64,000 bases of DNA from Trypethelium eluteriae. Its lineage: Eukaryota. The stretch lies in contig JAVECL010000028.1 of NCBI GenBank assembly GCA_051942245.1, positions 1-64,000 on the forward strand, written 5' to 3'. The position numbers and the translations under genes are program-made. Below, one piece after another: positions 60,369 to 64,000 of the stretch; within the stretch, counting starts at the first letter, position 1, and every line of letters begins with the position of its first letter. The notes beneath the pieces were generated by a model that worked only from the letters and a program-made list of their open reading frames with translations, did no database searches and was not told where the DNA came from.

Positions 60369-62640
60369 ATGCCCAAGGAGCAGCAAAAGCAGGTTACGCC
60401 TCGTCAGAGGCCGGTGTCTTGTCGTTTTTGCAGGAGCCGAAAGCTGCGGTGCAGCAGAGAAGCACCCTGCTCAAATTGCGTCTCACGTGGGGTTCACTGT
60501 CAATTGGAAGATCCGATTGGGCCCTCGGGTGGGAGTGCTAACGTCGCTGAGCCTGACATACTTCAACGCCTTGAAAAACTCGAGAAGCTCTTTGATGCTC
60601 AGAGATCGGAGCAGGAAGTGGGTTTAGAAAAGACCCCGCAAAGGCAGCGCTCGGAAAGTGTACAATCTCTACGCGAATGGGCATCGCCTTCAACTTTGTC
60701 GTCTCAAATCCAGGGGCTGGATAATGATGTGGCGTGGCTCGAGAGCATTTACACCGATCAAAATCTCTCAGTAGGTTTATAAGATTCTGTTGTCAAATAT
60801 CTTGCCACCATGCTAAGAGAACGTAGCGTCATAAAATACCATCTCCCAGGATTGTCTTTAGGATATGTCCAATTCAACAGGTCACAGGAGCGCAGCTATA
60901 TGTCTTCCAGCATGAGCTCCACTCCACTGCGAGTATTCAACCATCGCGATGTATCTGGCTTCCAAGATATGCAGAGGCTCAAATTTTGTTAGAAAAATTC
61001 ATCAGTGACGTCCATCATCTGCCCTACGTTACTCATGTCCCTTCACTACCCTCCATGTTGGAACAGGTCTATACGGACTTGAATCAGCAACACCAGATGA
61101 AGCCAGGCCAAGTGATATTACTTCTCAGTATATTCGCGAGTGCCACTTATTCTTGGTTACGTGGCGACTGCGAGCGTGGCCTTTTCTCCACCCCTTCGGA
61201 AGCCAATAAGCAAGCTTCGTGGTGGATCAAAGCGACACAGGATGTTGTCGATATTGCCCATCGAACATCGAATGTATCAATAGAAGGCGTGCAAGGGATA
61301 CTGCTTGTATCGTTTGTCTTGGCCCTTCTTGAAGGAATGTCTCGCAGATGCCGATCGTCATTTTCCACAGCTGTATTGCTAGCCCGAGATTTAGGGCTTC
61401 ATCGTATCGACCATCCCTCTAATGCAGACAGGGCAAACACAGCCCAAGCAGAAATGGGCCGGAGAGCATGGTGGTATATGTGTGCAAGTGAATGGTAAGC
61501 ATTAGATAACTTACATGATCAGACCAGACTAATCAGATTTCAAGGTCTCTTGCGGCAAGGCTCAACGGTGTGACCGAAGGCGTCTACTCATGCCACCCAC
61601 GTCAGATGATCACCAGAAAGCCTCTCCATGTCAACGACGAGGAAGTCTTCGACGGCATGACCCGCGCTGAACGGCCTTTATCTCAACCGACGAAGATGTC
61701 TTACTCACTGCACAGAATACGTCTGGCAGAGATTTCTCGCAATATTGTTGATCGCACTCCTCTCACAATGACATACCTCGGTGGCCCAAGTCGTGATGAT
61801 GTCATGGACATTGACACTGAATTACAGATGCTCATCAATGATATTCCACCCTTCTTCTCCATGTCGGAAGCCAAGCTAATAGAGACCTATGAAGTCAGTC
61901 ATACGCAGGCAGTGGATATCATGACTCAGGGCCACACACTCTATTTCCTTCTCTATGCGCAACGATGCAAGCTCCATCTTCCCTACTTGACCCGTGGTTT
62001 CGTGGATACTACGTATTCTTCGTTGCGGGAAATATGCATCAAGTCCGCACGCCTCAGCATCCAATCTCAATCATATCTATTGAACTCCGGTCTTGGTCCT
62101 TCTTCAAGACTGAATTGCGCTGGACTTCTTGGAGGTGTGTTTATGGCAAGCATTGTGCTTCTCATGGACCTGTGTGTAAACAGGTCACCTCAACGTGAAG
62201 ACCAACGAGGAGAGATCGTCGAGGCTTTTCGTATCCTTGAAGAAGCCAAACAAGAGTCTGAAACTACTTCTAAGTTTGTAGATTCGTTGATGTTTATCCT
62301 ACGAAAGCATAAGGTCACCCCACCGAAATGTACTCTAGCTCAGCAGTTCCTGGTTGAAAGTGGTAAGAGGCAGCTTGGTGCAACACCTAGCGATGGTAAT
62401 GACACTTCTACCTCACAAGCATATGGTGCAGTTACCAAAGACCTGCCCTATGGCGCATCCTCCGGAGCGTGTAAGATGGACGAAATAGGTTCTACCAATA
62501 TCTCAGTCAATGAGTTTTCGGGCGGAGATGAAATGTCGTCGTATTTTGACGAGTTGGCTCAAAGCCTCGAACACGGGGACGATCTCGGTAACTTCGACTG
62601 GAACAATATCTTTTCTGGTCTAGACTCCTCTCTCATCTAG
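60369..62640 (+). CDS. Zn(II)2Cys6 transcription factor with a fungal middle homology region
   Basis: SCRFCRSRKLRCSREAPCSNCVSRGVHC plus a coiled-coil QRLEKLEKL; middle-region motif ARDLGLHRID...EMGRRAWW; acidic aromatic C-terminus. Two introns. Confidence 0.95.
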
Positions 62641-63378
62641 TACAAGATCACAAATTCGATTCAAATCTGACCTTACGCTAAGTTGATATTTTACATGGAA
62701 GTGAGACAAGCAAGTAAATGTTCAGATTCAACCAAGTCCTATACATTTTTGAGCCATTGCGGGACCCCTCAGATATTCCCTATTGAGCAACACGCACGTC
62801 TTAGGCCCCAATCATCATAATTCAAGGGCATAGGAAAGAGGGATACAGGATATAAAGAAGAAAAGTAAAAGCAAAGATGAAGAATACAGAAGTTGAGCAT
62901 ACCTCCGAGATCTTGGATAAGTTGCTCCACGTTTGAACAAGAGGTACGAAAGAGGCAGTCGTTCTGACGGTCATCTGGGCATCTTATGAATAAGTAAAGA
63001 TACCAAATATTGCATTAAGTCCCTGCGGCCCATTGATAACATGATACGGCCTAGAAACAATAGCGTATTCAGCAATTTACTAATCACTTTAAGTACCGAA
63101 GAATAAGGTATTCAAGAGTATAGATCCCTTATTCGGGAAAAAGGAGAGATCAAATCTTATTTCATGACAGAGTCAACTGAACTTTGATAGGGCATTTAGA
63201 TTGATTGGTAGAACCCTGGCAAAAGTTTGGGCAAACTATCAACAAGGTATGTGCGTGATACTCGATCTAGCCATAGCTGAGGAACATGTTCGACTAGGAT
63301 ATAGCAGATATAGGAAGATAATGAAGATGAGAAATGCTATTGCATACACATTATTTGTCCTAAGCTATAGTCCCCAGT

Positions 63379-64000
63379 CTAATACAGCGCGCGACACTCC
63401 CAACTTTCTGCATCATCTTCGTTCCCGAGTCCAACGTATCGCGCCTGAGTGGGAAATGGACATAATGGTCTCTGTCTAATGACAGGAGCCTCAACACTAT
63501 CATTAGCAAACTTCGTTGCAATAATACTGTCCGGTGCTCTGTCTTCTTCTGTCCAAGCCATCAACGCCAACAAGATATCATGCTTCGGGTCACTAAATCC
63601 AGGTACTGAATAGACGCTACTTCCAAGCTCAAAGGGCTGATTAGCTCCTGCAAAGTACCACGGCGCATCGTTAACACTGTTTGCGCAATGCTGCATCCCA
63701 GGGACAAGGAAGAAGCGATACCAATCATCGAGATTCATCCCCTTTGCAATCATGGTCTTCAGTACTTGCTTGTAAAAGTAAATGCTACTTCCAGTGGCAA
63801 TGAGGCCGTCACTCAACCCATGATAGTGCAAAAGCTTGCCCCCTCTCTTGTAAAACGGCGTCAAATCAAAGTCATCAGCATTCGCCATGCCGGGGTTGAT
63901 CTGATCGGCGAGCTGAACGGTGCTATATGAGAAATTGTTGTAGTTCCAATTGGGATCTGATAGCAAAAAGTTCGCGACCCAGCTCGTACCGAGCGAGTTT
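63379..64000 (-). CDS. Tannase/feruloyl esterase family protein, 3' part (5' end lies beyond the window)
   Basis: Motifs DLTPFYKRGGKLLHYHGLSDGLI, YRFFLVPGMQHC, HDILLALMAWTE...APD and RPLCPFPTQARY.G.G. Confidence 0.93.
   Translation of the reverse strand, partial: NSLGTSWVANFLLSDPNWNYNNFSYSTVQLADQINPGMANADDFDLTPFYKRGGKLLHYHGLSDGLIATGSSIYFYKQVLKTMIAKGMNLDDWYRFFLVPGMQHCANSVNDAPWYFAGANQPFELGSSVYSVPGFSDPKHDILLALMAWTEEDRAPDSIIATKFANDSVEAPVIRQRPLCPFPTQARYVGLGNEDDAESWECRALY

Noticed and set aside
62700..63370. AT-richer stretch as a RIP-degraded transposon
   Set aside because: It is only moderately AT-rich, with no terminal repeats or transposase/RT remnants, and is consistent with a convergent terminator region.

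Overview
This is eukaryotic DNA from a filamentous ascomycete (Pezizomycotina; class cannot be fixed from sequence alone). It is gene-dense, with short GT...CTRAY...YAG introns. About 23 protein-coding genes are supportable, mostly housekeeping: the 5' part of a probable Pumilio/PUF gene, RNA polymerase III second-largest subunit, an FCP1/NIF-like HAD protein, RRP36, a BTB protein, a CRT10-like protein, a CAP/PR-1 secreted protein, a SPATA20/YyaL homolog, a mitochondrial GGQ rescue factor, MCM7, MPC1, SmB, RPL11, an OSCA/TMEM63 channel, an F-box protein, a protein with a ubiquitin-like domain and SET1. The right end holds an MFS transporter, a Zn2Cys6 transcription factor and a tannase/feruloyl esterase. 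The most unusual observations are five. (1) A truncated MAT1-1-1 alpha-box relic, with its conserved intron and a premature TAG, sits directly behind the SmB stop codon, with no APN2/SLA2 in the window. (2) A BTB gene has its TGA-CGG stop followed in frame by 541 more sense codons, suggesting readthrough or a stop-removing 78-nt intron. (3) A ~19-bp minisatellite with a 7-mer (~132-bp) higher-order structure lies between two convergent genes. (4) A paired CCGCGG-N5-CCGCGG element is shared by the MFS and transcription-factor promoters. (5) A 78-aa three-exon gene is missed by the ORF track. No tRNA, rRNA, CRISPR array or intact transposon was recognised. Exon boundaries were inferred by eye and family calls come from recalled motifs, not database searches.
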